From the NCBI GenBank assembly GCA_900752345.1, contig CAADVA010000167.1, positions 1-38,995 on the forward strand: 38,995 nucleotides of DNA, in the 5' to 3' direction. Source of the stretch: an uncultured Collinsella sp. (GTDB taxonomy: Bacteria; Actinomycetota; Coriobacteriia; Coriobacteriales; Coriobacteriaceae). Within the stretch, counting starts at the first letter, position 1. Every line of letters begins with the position of its first letter. Below are positions 10,521 through 19,093 of the stretch, piece after piece. The position numbers and the translations under genes were made by a program. Under the pieces are notes generated by a model, which had not been told where the DNA came from, ran no database searches, and saw nothing but the letters and a program-made list of their open reading frames with translations.

Positions 10521-10539
10521 CTATCCCTACTCATTGGGT

Positions 10540-10566
10540 ACTCATTGGGGACAGCCTTAAATGAGT
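10540..10566 (-). repeat. REP-like hairpin with GTCCCC loop
   Basis: Minus strand actcatt-taaggctGTCCCC-aatgagt. Confidence 0.55.
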
Positions 10567-10674
10567 GGTTGCGCGCGCGAAAGGCTGGCGTGACAGTCGG
10601 TCAGCTCGTGCGTTGTTGCGAACTCGGTGAGGCAACGGTTAAAAGGGCAACTGCTGGCTGGCGCGACGCCTCAA

Positions 10675-10759
10675 ATGATCCGTTTTCCTCCGTCCCCAAC
10701 GGATCATCACAGCTTTCCGCGTAAAAGATGATCCGTTTTCCTCCGTCCCCAGGGGATCA
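10675..10759 (+). repeat. Two tandem REP-like hairpins (atgatccgttttcctccgtcccca..ggatca)
   Basis: Copies at 10675-10707 and 10728-10759; third copy at 16478-16509. Confidence 0.85.
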
Positions 10760-10943
10760 GGTGATGCGCATCTGTGCGTGGTTGCGTGCGTAGGTTTGCG
10801 TGACTATGCTTGTATATGCGCCGTATGCTGCTAGATTTTGACCATTTAGCAGTAATACACGCAGAAGCACGCACATACACGCGCATTTGTGCGAATATAG
10901 AGCTGTCAGAAATGAAAGACTTTCCACGACGCAGGAGGCGCTC

Positions 10944-12023
10944 ATGGCAGATTCCAAGCAGGCTCCACTCGACTCCGCGGCAGCCGCAAAAGCAGCGTTC
11001 GCTTCGGTCCAGGATAAGCCGTTCCCTAACGACATCTTTACGGCCCCCGAGCTCCGCTGGGCCGTGATCGGGTGCGGCGTTATCGCCAACCAAATGGCCC
11101 AGTCCCTCGCTCTGGCCGGCCGCAAACTCGCGGGTGTCGCCAACCGCACGCTGTCCAAGGCCCAGTCTTTTGCCGAGCAGTATGGCGTCGAGAAGGTGTA
11201 CGAGACGGTTGAGGACCTCTACGCCGATCCAGACATCGATGCCGTCTATATCACCACGCCGCACAACACGCATATCACCTATCTGCGTGCCGCGCTGGCC
11301 GCCGGCAAGCATGTGCTCTGCGAGAAAGCCATTACCCTCAACTCCGCCGAGCTCGACGAGGCCCGTGCCATCGCCGACGAGCATAACGTGGTCCTTATGG
11401 ACGCCACCACGGTGCTTCACATGCCGCTGTATCAGGAGCTGCGCCGTCGCATGGATGCTGGCGAGTTCGGCCGCATGAATCTCGCTCAGCTCAACTTTGG
11501 CAGCTACAAGGAGTACGGCGATCTGACCAATCGCTTCTACAATCGCAACCTTGCCGGCGGCGCCATGCTCGACATTGGCGTGTACGCGCTCTCCGTCATG
11601 CGCCTGTTTATGGCGAGCCAGCCCGCTGAGGTTGTCTCGCTGGGCAACACCTGTGAGACCGGTGTTGACGTTGCGGGCGGCATTGTCTGCCGTAACGCCG
11701 AGCAGCAGCTGGGCGTCGTGAGCCTTACGCTCCACTCCAAGCAGCCCAAGCGCTCGGTCATCAGCTTTGACAAGTGCTATATCGAGGTCAATGAGTATCC
11801 GCGTGCCGATCACGCGACCATCGTGTGGGCTGCGGACGGCCACCGCGAGGAGGTCCACGCCGGCACCGAGGCTTACGCCCTTTGCTATGAGATGGCCGAT
11901 CTTGAGAAGGCCGTTGCCGACGATGGCTCTAAGCGCGAGCTACTGGATTATGCTTCTGATGTTATGGAGCTTATGACTAAGCTTCGCGCCGACTGGGGAG
12001 TCGTGTACCCCGAGGAGGAGTAA
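10944..12023 (+). CDS. Gfo/Idh/MocA family NAD(P)-dependent oxidoreductase
   Basis: WAVIGCGVIA Rossmann motif, YITTPHNTH, GKHVLCEK, GGAMLDIGVY; ATG 10944 follows AGGAGG. Confidence 0.93.
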   Translation: MADSKQAPLDSAAAAKAAFASVQDKPFPNDIFTAPELRWAVIGCGVIANQMAQSLALAGRKLAGVANRTLSKAQSFAEQYGVEKVYETVEDLYADPDIDAVYITTPHNTHITYLRAALAAGKHVLCEKAITLNSAELDEARAIADEHNVVLMDATTVLHMPLYQELRRRMDAGEFGRMNLAQLNFGSYKEYGDLTNRFYNRNLAGGAMLDIGVYALSVMRLFMASQPAEVVSLGNTCETGVDVAGGIVCRNAEQQLGVVSLTLHSKQPKRSVISFDKCYIEVNEYPRADHATIVWAADGHREEVHAGTEAYALCYEMADLEKAVADDGSKRELLDYASDVMELMTKLRADWGVVYPEEE

Positions 12024-12026
12024 GCG

Positions 12027-12773
12027 ATGCTTGCGGAAGATAGGCTCAACGCGATCGTGTCGATGGTGCAGCAGGCCGGCTCGGTTACCGTGCCGGAGCT
12101 TGCCGAGGCCCTGGGCGTGACACCGTCCACCATTCGCCGTGACTTGCAAACGCTCGACCGCGCGCATCGTATCGCCAAGGTGCACGGAGGCGCGACGAGC
12201 CTGGAGCGCGCGCACGTAACGCGCGACCTAACGCTCAATGAGCGCAGTGATCTCCATAACGACGACAAGGAGCGTATCTGCGCCCGTGCGGCGGCGCTCG
12301 TGGAGCCCGAGAGCTTTGTATACATCGATTCGGGTTCGACGACGCTCAAGCTCATCGAGCATCTTCCACACCTTGAAGATGTCACCTATGTGACTGATTC
12401 TGTGCTCCATGCTCAGCATCTCGCCCTGCGCGGTATGCGTACAGTGGTGCTGGGCGGCGAGCTCAAGCCTGAGACCGAGGCACTCGTTGGCCCCGATGCC
12501 TTGGCAACCTTAGACCGCTACAACTTCAATTGTGGCTTTTGGGGTTCTAACGGCATTGCCGCCGAGCAGGGCTTTACGGCGCCCGATATCGAGGAGGCGC
12601 AAGTAAAGCGTATCTCGATGCGCCATACGGCCAAGCGCTTCGTAATCTCGGACGCCAGCAAATTTGGCATGGTGGCGCCCGTCAAGTTCGCGGACTTCCG
12701 CGACGCAACGATTATTACCGCAGGCGAGGTCCCCGCCAAGTACCGGGCAATGGACAACGTCATCACGGTCTAA
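12027..12773 (+). CDS. DeoR/GlpR family transcriptional regulator
   Basis: ELAEALGVTPSTIRRDL HTH, HGGA, IDSGST, DASKFG. Confidence 0.95.
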   Translation: MLAEDRLNAIVSMVQQAGSVTVPELAEALGVTPSTIRRDLQTLDRAHRIAKVHGGATSLERAHVTRDLTLNERSDLHNDDKERICARAAALVEPESFVYIDSGSTTLKLIEHLPHLEDVTYVTDSVLHAQHLALRGMRTVVLGGELKPETEALVGPDALATLDRYNFNCGFWGSNGIAAEQGFTAPDIEEAQVKRISMRHTAKRFVISDASKFGMVAPVKFADFRDATIITAGEVPAKYRAMDNVITV

Positions 12774-12796
12774 CAGTAGGGTACGGGCTAAGGCCT

Positions 12797-12835
12797 AAAC
12801 CACCACAAAGGTGCCTGTCCCCATTTTGGTGGTTA
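12797..12835 (+). repeat. REP-like hairpin, left copy of a 29-bp direct repeat
   Basis: aaaccaccacaaaggtgcctgtccccatt (12797-12825) identical to 13167-13195; aaccacca/tggtggtt stem. Confidence 0.85.
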
Positions 12836-12865
12836 GTAACGAAAACTGAGTAGTTTTCTCAATAG

Positions 12866-12899
12866 AAAAGCGGCAACGTCCATCACGGGCGTTGCCGCT
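12866..12899 (-). terminator. Terminator between convergent deoR and rluA
   Basis: agcggcaacgtcc-atcac-gggcgttgccgct stem preceded by an A run (U tract on minus strand). Confidence 0.75.
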
Positions 12900-12918
12900 G
12901 TCGTTGTCTGCCGGTTTG

Positions 12919-13134
12919 TCTAAGTCTGTAACAACTGGACCGTTAAAAGTGGGCTAGGTGTTACAGATTGAGATACTTCCGAATCGCGCCGTCCCTTTTT
13001 CTCAATCTGTAACATCTGGGACGGATTTTGCCGAGTTATTGTTACAGATTGAGATTTTCCCTTGAGGGGGATTCGAATGTCTCGATCTGTAACAGATAGA
13101 CCGGAAAATGGACTCTAACTGTTACAGATCGAGA
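12919..13134. repeat. Array of six alternating-orientation 15-bp repeats with 25-26-bp spacers
   Basis: TCTCRATCTGTAACA-like copies at 12919, 13000, 13080 and reverse complements at 12959, 13040, 13120. Confidence 0.95.
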
Positions 13135-13166
13135 CGTTTTGGGACCGCGACTGAGCCATTGCGGCA

Positions 13167-13205
13167 AAACCACCACAAAGGTGCCTGTCCCCATTGTGGA
13201 GGTTT
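13167..13205 (+). repeat. REP-like hairpin, right copy
   Basis: aaaccaccacaa-aggtgcctgtcccca-ttgtggaggttt. Confidence 0.85.
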
Positions 13206-13863
13206 AGGGCTCCCAGGGGCAGGGGGCTTCGATGTGGATATGCTCACCGGTTACGGGATGCGTAAAGGACACGCTGTGGGCGTGGAGCATCAATCCACAG
13301 GGGCGCGGCGTGCCGTACAGGTCGTCGCCCACCAGCGGATGGTGCTCGCTGGCCAGATGGACGCGAATCTGATGTTTGCGGCCGGTGAGCAGCTCGACAT
13401 CGATATACGAACGCGTTGGCAGGCCTCGGCGGCTCTTAAGGCGCTTGAGCACCTTGACGCGCGTCTGAGACGGCTTGCCGCTGGCGCCGACGCGCATCTT
13501 GCGGCTGTCGTGGCGGTCGCGGGCGATGGGCTTGTCGATGAGCTTCTCGTTCCAGTCGATCTTGCCCTCGGCGAGTGCCAGATAGTGCTTTTCGAAAGCG
13601 TGGTCGATCACCATCTGGTCAAAAGCAGGCTGCGTCTGCTTGTCGAGCGAGAACAGCACCACGCCGGTGGTGTTGCGGTCCAGGCGGTTGAGCGGCTGCA
13701 TGTCGGTCGCGGCAAAACCGTCGCCCATGGCCAGCAGCAGGTCGCTGGCGTAGTCGGTAAGTGTGCGCTCGCCGGTGCCGTCACCGTGGACGATCATGCC
13801 GGCGGGCTTGTCGATGGCCATGAGCCAGGCGTCGCAGTCGAGGACTTGAGGTTCTTCGTTCAC
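13204..13863 (-). CDS. RluA family RNA pseudouridine synthase
   Basis: DKPAGMIVH, catalytic NRLDRNTTG, TGRKHQIRVH, HPLVGDDLYG, LHA. Confidence 0.95.
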   Translation of the reverse strand: MNEEPQVLDCDAWLMAIDKPAGMIVHGDGTGERTLTDYASDLLLAMGDGFAATDMQPLNRLDRNTTGVVLFSLDKQTQPAFDQMVIDHAFEKHYLALAEGKIDWNEKLIDKPIARDRHDSRKMRVGASGKPSQTRVKVLKRLKSRRGLPTRSYIDVELLTGRKHQIRVHLASEHHPLVGDDLYGTPRPCGLMLHAHSVSFTHPVTGEHIHIEAPCPWEP

Positions 13864-13878
13864 GTGTAAGCCTTTCGG

Positions 13879-16368
13879 TTAGCTGATTCCCACAAACATG
13901 CAGCCCGAGGTGGCGCCGCGTAGGCGGGCGGCGGGCTTGCGGCCGGGCCGGCCCGGTTCCGACGGCCCGCGGGCGCGGCCCCGCCCCACCTCATCCGTCT
14001 CGAGCAACGTTCCGTCCACCATGAGACGACGCACGCCGGCATCGAGCAACTGCGGAACCTGCGGCGTGAGGTCGATGGGGTAGGCATCGTACAGGCGAGA
14101 GCGGCCGTGGATGTCGGTGCGGACGGGCATGACCTTTCCGTCGATATTCTTGAGCGAGAGCTTGCGGGCACGCAGGCGGCAGTTGGCACAATCGTGGATG
14201 CAGCCGTTGGCAACCTGCAGAATGCAATGCTCGCTTGTCATGACGCGCGGGCGGCCGAACACGGTGATGCCCAGGGCTGCGGGCGCGGAGGTGCCAAGCG
14301 AGATAATCTCGTCGAGCGTGATCTCGGGCGAGAGCCAAAACGCGCCGGCACCGCGCTCGGCGAGCGCCTCCATGCAGGGCGTATTGTGCACGGGCAGGCA
14401 AGAGCGAATCTCGGCCGTGGCGCCAACCTGGGCGGCCAGGGCAAGCTCGGAGATATTGCCAATAGCGATCGTGGCGCCGGCAACAACCCACGGGTCGACG
14501 CGTACGTGGTCAATGGCGCGACAGACCTCGTCGAGTACGGGTACAATGCCCTGCTCAAACGCACTGGCGGGGGAGACACCGGCGGCCTCGAGCGCGTCGG
14601 TGGCCATGTAGATGCGCGTTGCACCCTCGGCGCGAGCGGCCTCGGCGGCGTCGAGCGTGGTGACGGTGACACAGATCTGCGGCTCATCGCGGTAGTGCTC
14701 GGGCGCGGGGCGGGAATCACTGGTGACAATCGCCGGCAGCTCGAGCGTGCGGGCGCGCTCGTCGTACGGCGCCAGAATGGCCTCTTCCAGCGTCTTGCAA
14801 GCGGCGGCACGCACCTTGTGCACGGCGGAGAAGCCCATGCCACAGCCCTCATCGAGCGTCACATCAAAGCTCGCAGCCTCAAAGGGCGAGGAGCCCATAC
14901 GCCCGACGTGCTCCACCAGATCGGCCGCCTCGACGGCGCGGGTCTTGGCGGCCTCGACGGTAAAGCCGGTGGCGGTGGCGGTGAGCGCGGGATCGTCGCA
15001 GCAGGTGAGCGTAACGGTAAACGGCTCGCCCAGACGCGCCACGACGGACACATCTACGGCGCGGCGGCGCAGCACATCGCGCTGGAGCGCGGCGCCGGCG
15101 GCGTCGATGGCGCGCTGGCTTCGAATCACGCGCACGCGGCAGCCCTCGGGCATGCTACGGGGCACGCGGCACTCGATGACGTCACCCGCGGCGGCATCAT
15201 CGGCGGCGATGGTGGTCAGGAACTGGTCGAACTCATCGTCGTGGCGAAGCTCCAGCAGGTCGCCCTTGCCCACGGGCTCAAACAGCTCAATGCGGGCGAT
15301 GGCAGCGCGGCGACGGCGGTCGTCGGGCTTGAGCCCGCGCACATCGCGGTTGGTCAGGCGGCTGCCGAGCACCGTGCCCACGATCTGGCCGCGGTTGTTG
15401 GAGCGCTCATAGCTCATCATCTCGTCACCCGACGTACCGTCTTGGTAGGCGTGCGTAAAGTCACGGTTAAAGCAGCGCTTGAGCTGGCGCTGGCGGGCGG
15501 TCTCTTCATCCTTAGAGGTCGAAACATCGGCCAGCATGTCATCAATCTGACGACGATACACGTCGACGATGGAGTACACGTAATCGGGGGCCTTCATGCG
15601 GCCTTCGAGCTTGAGCGATGCGGCACCGGCGTCATACAGACGACGAACGAGCTGCGAGGTATTGGTATCGCGCGGGCATAGCGCGCGCTCGCGACCGGCA
15701 GGGGAGAGCGAGCGGCCGTTCTCGTCGATCAGCTCGTAAGGCAGGCGACAGGGCTGAGCACACATGCCGCGGTTGGCCGAGCGGCCCGCCATGGCAAAGC
15801 TCGACAGCAGGCACAGGCCCGAGTAGCAAAAGCAGATGGCGCCGTGGCTAAAGACCTCGAGGTCAACGTCGGGCGCGGCGTCGTGGATGGCGGCGATCTC
15901 GTCGATGGAGAGCTCACGCGAGAGGGTCACGCGGTCGGCGCCCTGCTCGCGGCACCAGATAGTCCCACGGTCATCGTGGATGTTCGCCTGGGTCGAGATG
16001 TGCGTCTCGATGCCGGGCATGGTGCGCTTGACCTCAAAGAACAGGCCCCAGTCCTGGATAATGAAGGCATCGGCGCCCAGCGTGGAGCAGCGGTGGATGA
16101 GTTGCAGCGCATCGCCCATCTCGGACTGCTTGATGACGATGTTGACCGTGACGTAGACGCGCGAGCCGGCCAGGTGCGCAGCGCGGCAGGCCTGCTCAAA
16201 GGCCTCATCGGTAAAGTTGGTTGCCTTGCGGCGGGCGTTGAAGCTGCCCATGCCACAGTAGATGGCGTCTGCCCCGGCAGCGAGCGCGGCGGCAAAGGGC
16301 TCGGGGCCTCCGGCGGGGGCCAAGAGCTCGGGTCTGCGGTTGGTGGTTCGACTGGCGGTTGCGGTCAT
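13879..16368 (-). CDS. U32 peptidase family protein (RlhA-like, DUF3656-type middle domain), probable RNA hydroxylase
   Basis: PELLAPAG, AGADAIY, HISTQ, LSREL, HGAICFCYSGLC..S..NRGMCAQPCR, KLEGRMK. Confidence 0.9.
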   Translation of the reverse strand: MTATASRTTNRRPELLAPAGGPEPFAAALAAGADAIYCGMGSFNARRKATNFTDEAFEQACRAAHLAGSRVYVTVNIVIKQSEMGDALQLIHRCSTLGADAFIIQDWGLFFEVKRTMPGIETHISTQANIHDDRGTIWCREQGADRVTLSRELSIDEIAAIHDAAPDVDLEVFSHGAICFCYSGLCLLSSFAMAGRSANRGMCAQPCRLPYELIDENGRSLSPAGRERALCPRDTNTSQLVRRLYDAGAASLKLEGRMKAPDYVYSIVDVYRRQIDDMLADVSTSKDEETARQRQLKRCFNRDFTHAYQDGTSGDEMMSYERSNNRGQIVGTVLGSRLTNRDVRGLKPDDRRRRAAIARIELFEPVGKGDLLELRHDDEFDQFLTTIAADDAAAGDVIECRVPRSMPEGCRVRVIRSQRAIDAAGAALQRDVLRRRAVDVSVVARLGEPFTVTLTCCDDPALTATATGFTVEAAKTRAVEAADLVEHVGRMGSSPFEAASFDVTLDEGCGMGFSAVHKVRAAACKTLEEAILAPYDERARTLELPAIVTSDSRPAPEHYRDEPQICVTVTTLDAAEAARAEGATRIYMATDALEAAGVSPASAFEQGIVPVLDEVCRAIDHVRVDPWVVAGATIAIGNISELALAAQVGATAEIRSCLPVHNTPCMEALAERGAGAFWLSPEITLDEIISLGTSAPAALGITVFGRPRVMTSEHCILQVANGCIHDCANCRLRARKLSLKNIDGKVMPVRTDIHGRSRLYDAYPIDLTPQVPQLLDAGVRRLMVDGTLLETDEVGRGRARGPSEPGRPGRKPAARLRGATSGCMFVGIS

Positions 16369-16477
16369 ATCCTGCCTTTCAAAATGCTCAGATACTCAAA
16401 AGTATAGTGGCGCCGTCGCGATGGGCGATGCCCGCAGCCTAAGCAGGACAAAGTCTTCAGCAGCCTCTCAGGCAACA

Positions 16478-16509
16478 ATGATCCGTTTTCCTCCGTCCCC
16501 AAGGGATCA
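16478..16509 (+). repeat. REP-like hairpin (third copy of 10675 family)
   Basis: atgatccgttttcctccgtccccaagggatca. Confidence 0.85.
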
Positions 16510-16514
16510 GTGGG

Positions 16515-17171
16515 TTAGCCCTCCTTGCGGACCTTTTGTAGATAGCGGTAGACGCTGGGCTCAGAGATGCCAAGCGCGGCGGCGGCGCAGGCAACGGCAC
16601 CCTTGAGCATAAACACGCCGTTGCCGTTGAGATGGCGAATAACGTCCACGCGGTCGGCCTGGCCGAGCGAGGCGACATCCTGTCCGCGGCTTTCGAGCAA
16701 CTCGGAAATACTGCGGTCGATGAGCTCCTGTGTGGACTCCGAAAGGCTTTCGACCTCGATGGGGGAGGGCTCCGTGCGGACCGGCGCGGCGTCGAAGCAG
16801 GCCATAAGCTGCTGGGCCATGGCATTGATGTTGCGCACGGCCGAAAGATCGGTGTTGACGCACAGCATGCCGACGATCTCGCCGTCCTCACGGATAAAGT
16901 ACGTCGCGGACTCCAACGTCTTGCCGCTGGCCCCGCGCCCCTCGCAGCCCGTAATAAACGGCAAGTCGCGATACTTGGGGTCGTGCATAATCTTGAGCGC
17001 AAGATCGGTAGCGGGTCCGCCAATCTTGCGGCCGCTCACGATACCGTTGCGAATATCGACGATGGCGTGGTCGGGATCCGAGAAATCGTGCAGGACGATT
17101 TCGCTGTTTTTGCCGAGTATCTGCTCCAGGAAATCGACCATCGGCAAAAAGCGGCGTACGGTCTCGTTCAC
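16515..17171 (-). CDS. YheO-like PAS + HTH transcriptional regulator
   Basis: SEIVLHD, NGIVSGRKIGGPATD, GMLCVNTD, C-terminal GVFMLKGAV...LGISEPSVYRYL; GTG start after AAAGGAG. Confidence 0.92.
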   Translation of the reverse strand: MNETVRRFLPMVDFLEQILGKNSEIVLHDFSDPDHAIVDIRNGIVSGRKIGGPATDLALKIMHDPKYRDLPFITGCEGRGASGKTLESATYFIREDGEIVGMLCVNTDLSAVRNINAMAQQLMACFDAAPVRTEPSPIEVESLSESTQELIDRSISELLESRGQDVASLGQADRVDVIRHLNGNGVFMLKGAVACAAAALGISEPSVYRYLQKVRKEG

Positions 17172-17523
17172 GAGCAACTCCTTTGGGTGAAATCGGAAAT
17201 GTTCATAACAATTTTTTCTCATGGTAACACGGTGTCTATTGACTCGCATATTCGCAGGTACATTGCGTAATACAGATGAGCGGAAGGATTTTGGCGGTAA
17301 ACGGTTGACCAAAAGAATAGTAAGATGTTATTTTGACCAGACACTTTCCTGAACTGCGGAAATGTATTATCTCAGCTGAAGAATAGTCTGATAACAAAAA
17401 ATTATTATTAAATGTGAGGAAAATCTTCAATACGATATGCAACGAAGGCACAACCTCAGCCCCGCACTGCGTCACAATAGGACGCTAGATGCGAAAACAA
17501 CTACTTCTAGGATTGGTGGTCAA

Positions 17524-18918
17524 ATGGCCCAGGAGACGGTTACGAACGGCACTGAAGCCCTGTTCACTCGTGAAGGCATGCCGCCCGTTAAGGAAATGAT
17601 CCCGTGTGCCCTTCAGCACGTGTTGGCATCGTTTGCCGGCATCATTACCCCGGCGGTCATCATGGCCGGCGTCTACGGCTTTAATAGCCAGCAGAGCACC
17701 GACATCATTCAGGTTGCGCTCATTCTTTCGGCACTCGACACAGCCCTTCAGGCCTTCGCTCCCTTCCGTCGCATCGGCGGCGGCCTGCCCATCGTCATGG
17801 GCGTCTCGTTCGCGTTCCTGCCGGCCCTGCAGGCCATGGGCGCCTCGGGCTTTAGCTTTGGTGCGCTGCTGGGCGGCGAGATTGTCGGCGGTGCCGTCGC
17901 GGCCCTCTTTGGTCTGGCCTACAGCAAGATTAAGTGGCTGTTCCCGCCCGTCGTGACCGGTACGGTCATCTTCTCCATCGGCGTTTCGCTGTATCCCACG
18001 GCCGTCAAGTATATGGCCGGCGGTATGGGCACGCCGCTGTGGGGCACCCCGCAGGCCTGGTGCGTCGCTCTTATCACCTTCGCCGTGGTCTTTGCGCTCG
18101 CCAACTTTGGCAAGGGCACGCTCAAGCTGGGATCCGTGTTCTTTGGCATGATCGTCGGCATGATTGTTTCGATCCCCTTTGGCATGATCGATTTCTCCAG
18201 CGTCGCCACCGCCCAGGTCTTCGCCCTTCCCAAGCTCATGCCCTACGCGCTCGAGTTTGATCCCGAGGTCTGCATTACCCTCGCCGTCGTGTTCCCCATG
18301 GTTGCCATCCAGGTTATCGGTGACGTCTCCGCCGCCTGCCTGGGCTCCATCGACCGTATGCCCACCGAGCGCGAGCTCTCCGGCGCTATCGTGTCCCAGG
18401 GCATCACCTCTATGGTCGGCGGCCTGCTGGGCGGTCTTCCCACCAGCGCCCTTGGCCAGAACGTGGGCATCATCTGCTCCAACAAGGTCGTCAACAAGTG
18501 GGTCTTTGTGACCATCGCGGCCGTCTTTGCCGTCGCCGGTCTGTTCCCGCAGCTTTCTGCCGTCCTTTCCGCTATCCCGCAGCCCGTCATCGGCGGCGCG
18601 ACCGTCGGCGTCTTTGGCACCATCACCATGAACGGCGTGCGCATGTTCACCCGCGAGGGCCTCACGCAGCGCACTACCACCATCGTCGGTACTTCCGTCG
18701 TCTTTGGCCTGGGTATCTGGATGGCCAGCGGCTGCCTCGCCGGCGAGGGTATGCCCACCTGGGTGTCCACCGTCATCGGCTCCAATGCCGTAACCCCCAC
18801 CGCCATCATGGCCATTGTCCTTAACCTGATCCTTCCGCAGACGCCGGTCGTGGCTCAACACATCGATGCTGCCAAGGACGCTGCCGTGGATCTGGTCTTG
18901 CCCGAGAGCAAGAAGTAA
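17524..18918 (+). CDS. NCS2 family xanthine/uracil permease
   Basis: LQHVLA, LPIVMGVSFAF, FPPVVTG, NAT signature QNVGII, IPQPVIGG. Confidence 0.95.
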   Translation: MAQETVTNGTEALFTREGMPPVKEMIPCALQHVLASFAGIITPAVIMAGVYGFNSQQSTDIIQVALILSALDTALQAFAPFRRIGGGLPIVMGVSFAFLPALQAMGASGFSFGALLGGEIVGGAVAALFGLAYSKIKWLFPPVVTGTVIFSIGVSLYPTAVKYMAGGMGTPLWGTPQAWCVALITFAVVFALANFGKGTLKLGSVFFGMIVGMIVSIPFGMIDFSSVATAQVFALPKLMPYALEFDPEVCITLAVVFPMVAIQVIGDVSAACLGSIDRMPTERELSGAIVSQGITSMVGGLLGGLPTSALGQNVGIICSNKVVNKWVFVTIAAVFAVAGLFPQLSAVLSAIPQPVIGGATVGVFGTITMNGVRMFTREGLTQRTTTIVGTSVVFGLGIWMASGCLAGEGMPTWVSTVIGSNAVTPTAIMAIVLNLILPQTPVVAQHIDAAKDAAVDLVLPESKK

Positions 18919-18934
18919 CCAATTTGGTGCTATT

Positions 18935-18966
18935 CGTCGGCGGACGCATCGCCTCGTCCGCCGACG
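18935..18966. terminator. Hairpin after permease gene
   Basis: cgtcggcggacg-catcgcct-cgtccgccgacg, perfect 12-bp stem, no U tract. Confidence 0.55.
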
Positions 18967-19022
18967 TCATGCGGCGTCAAGCTGCACTTCAACCGCCCCT
19001 TTTGCGTGCGCCGCTTGTCGAA

Positions 19023-19078
19023 TTACGTTATAGCTAGCTATATTATAGGAAGGTATAATATAGCTAGCTATAACGTAA
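19023..19078. promoter_or_regulatory. Perfect 25-bp AT-rich inverted repeat overlapping a TATAAT -10
   Basis: ttacgttatagctagctatattata-ggaagg-tataatatagctagctataacgtaa, 15 bp before the ATG at 19094. Confidence 0.8.
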
Positions 19079-19093
19079 AAGAAGGATGGCCCT

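Noticed and set aside
12919..13134. CRISPR array call
   Set aside because: Repeats are only 15 bp and alternate in orientation; no cas genes or leader in the window
13935..13990. Odd Gly/Arg/Pro-rich stretch (GRGRARGPSEPGRPG) near the U32 C-terminus
   Set aside because: Extremely GC-rich and may be local sequencing error or compensated frameshifts; the frame stays open, so no biological claim is supportable
17172..17523. Purine riboswitch upstream of the NCS2 permease
   Set aside because: The conserved purine-aptamer core (e.g. TTTCTACC, CCGTAAA) is not visible; it looks like an AT-rich divergent promoter region
13108..18861. Long opposite-strand ORFs 13108-13869, 14107-15681 and 17485-18861
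   Set aside because: They overlap well-supported rluA, U32 and permease genes and carry no recognisable motifs
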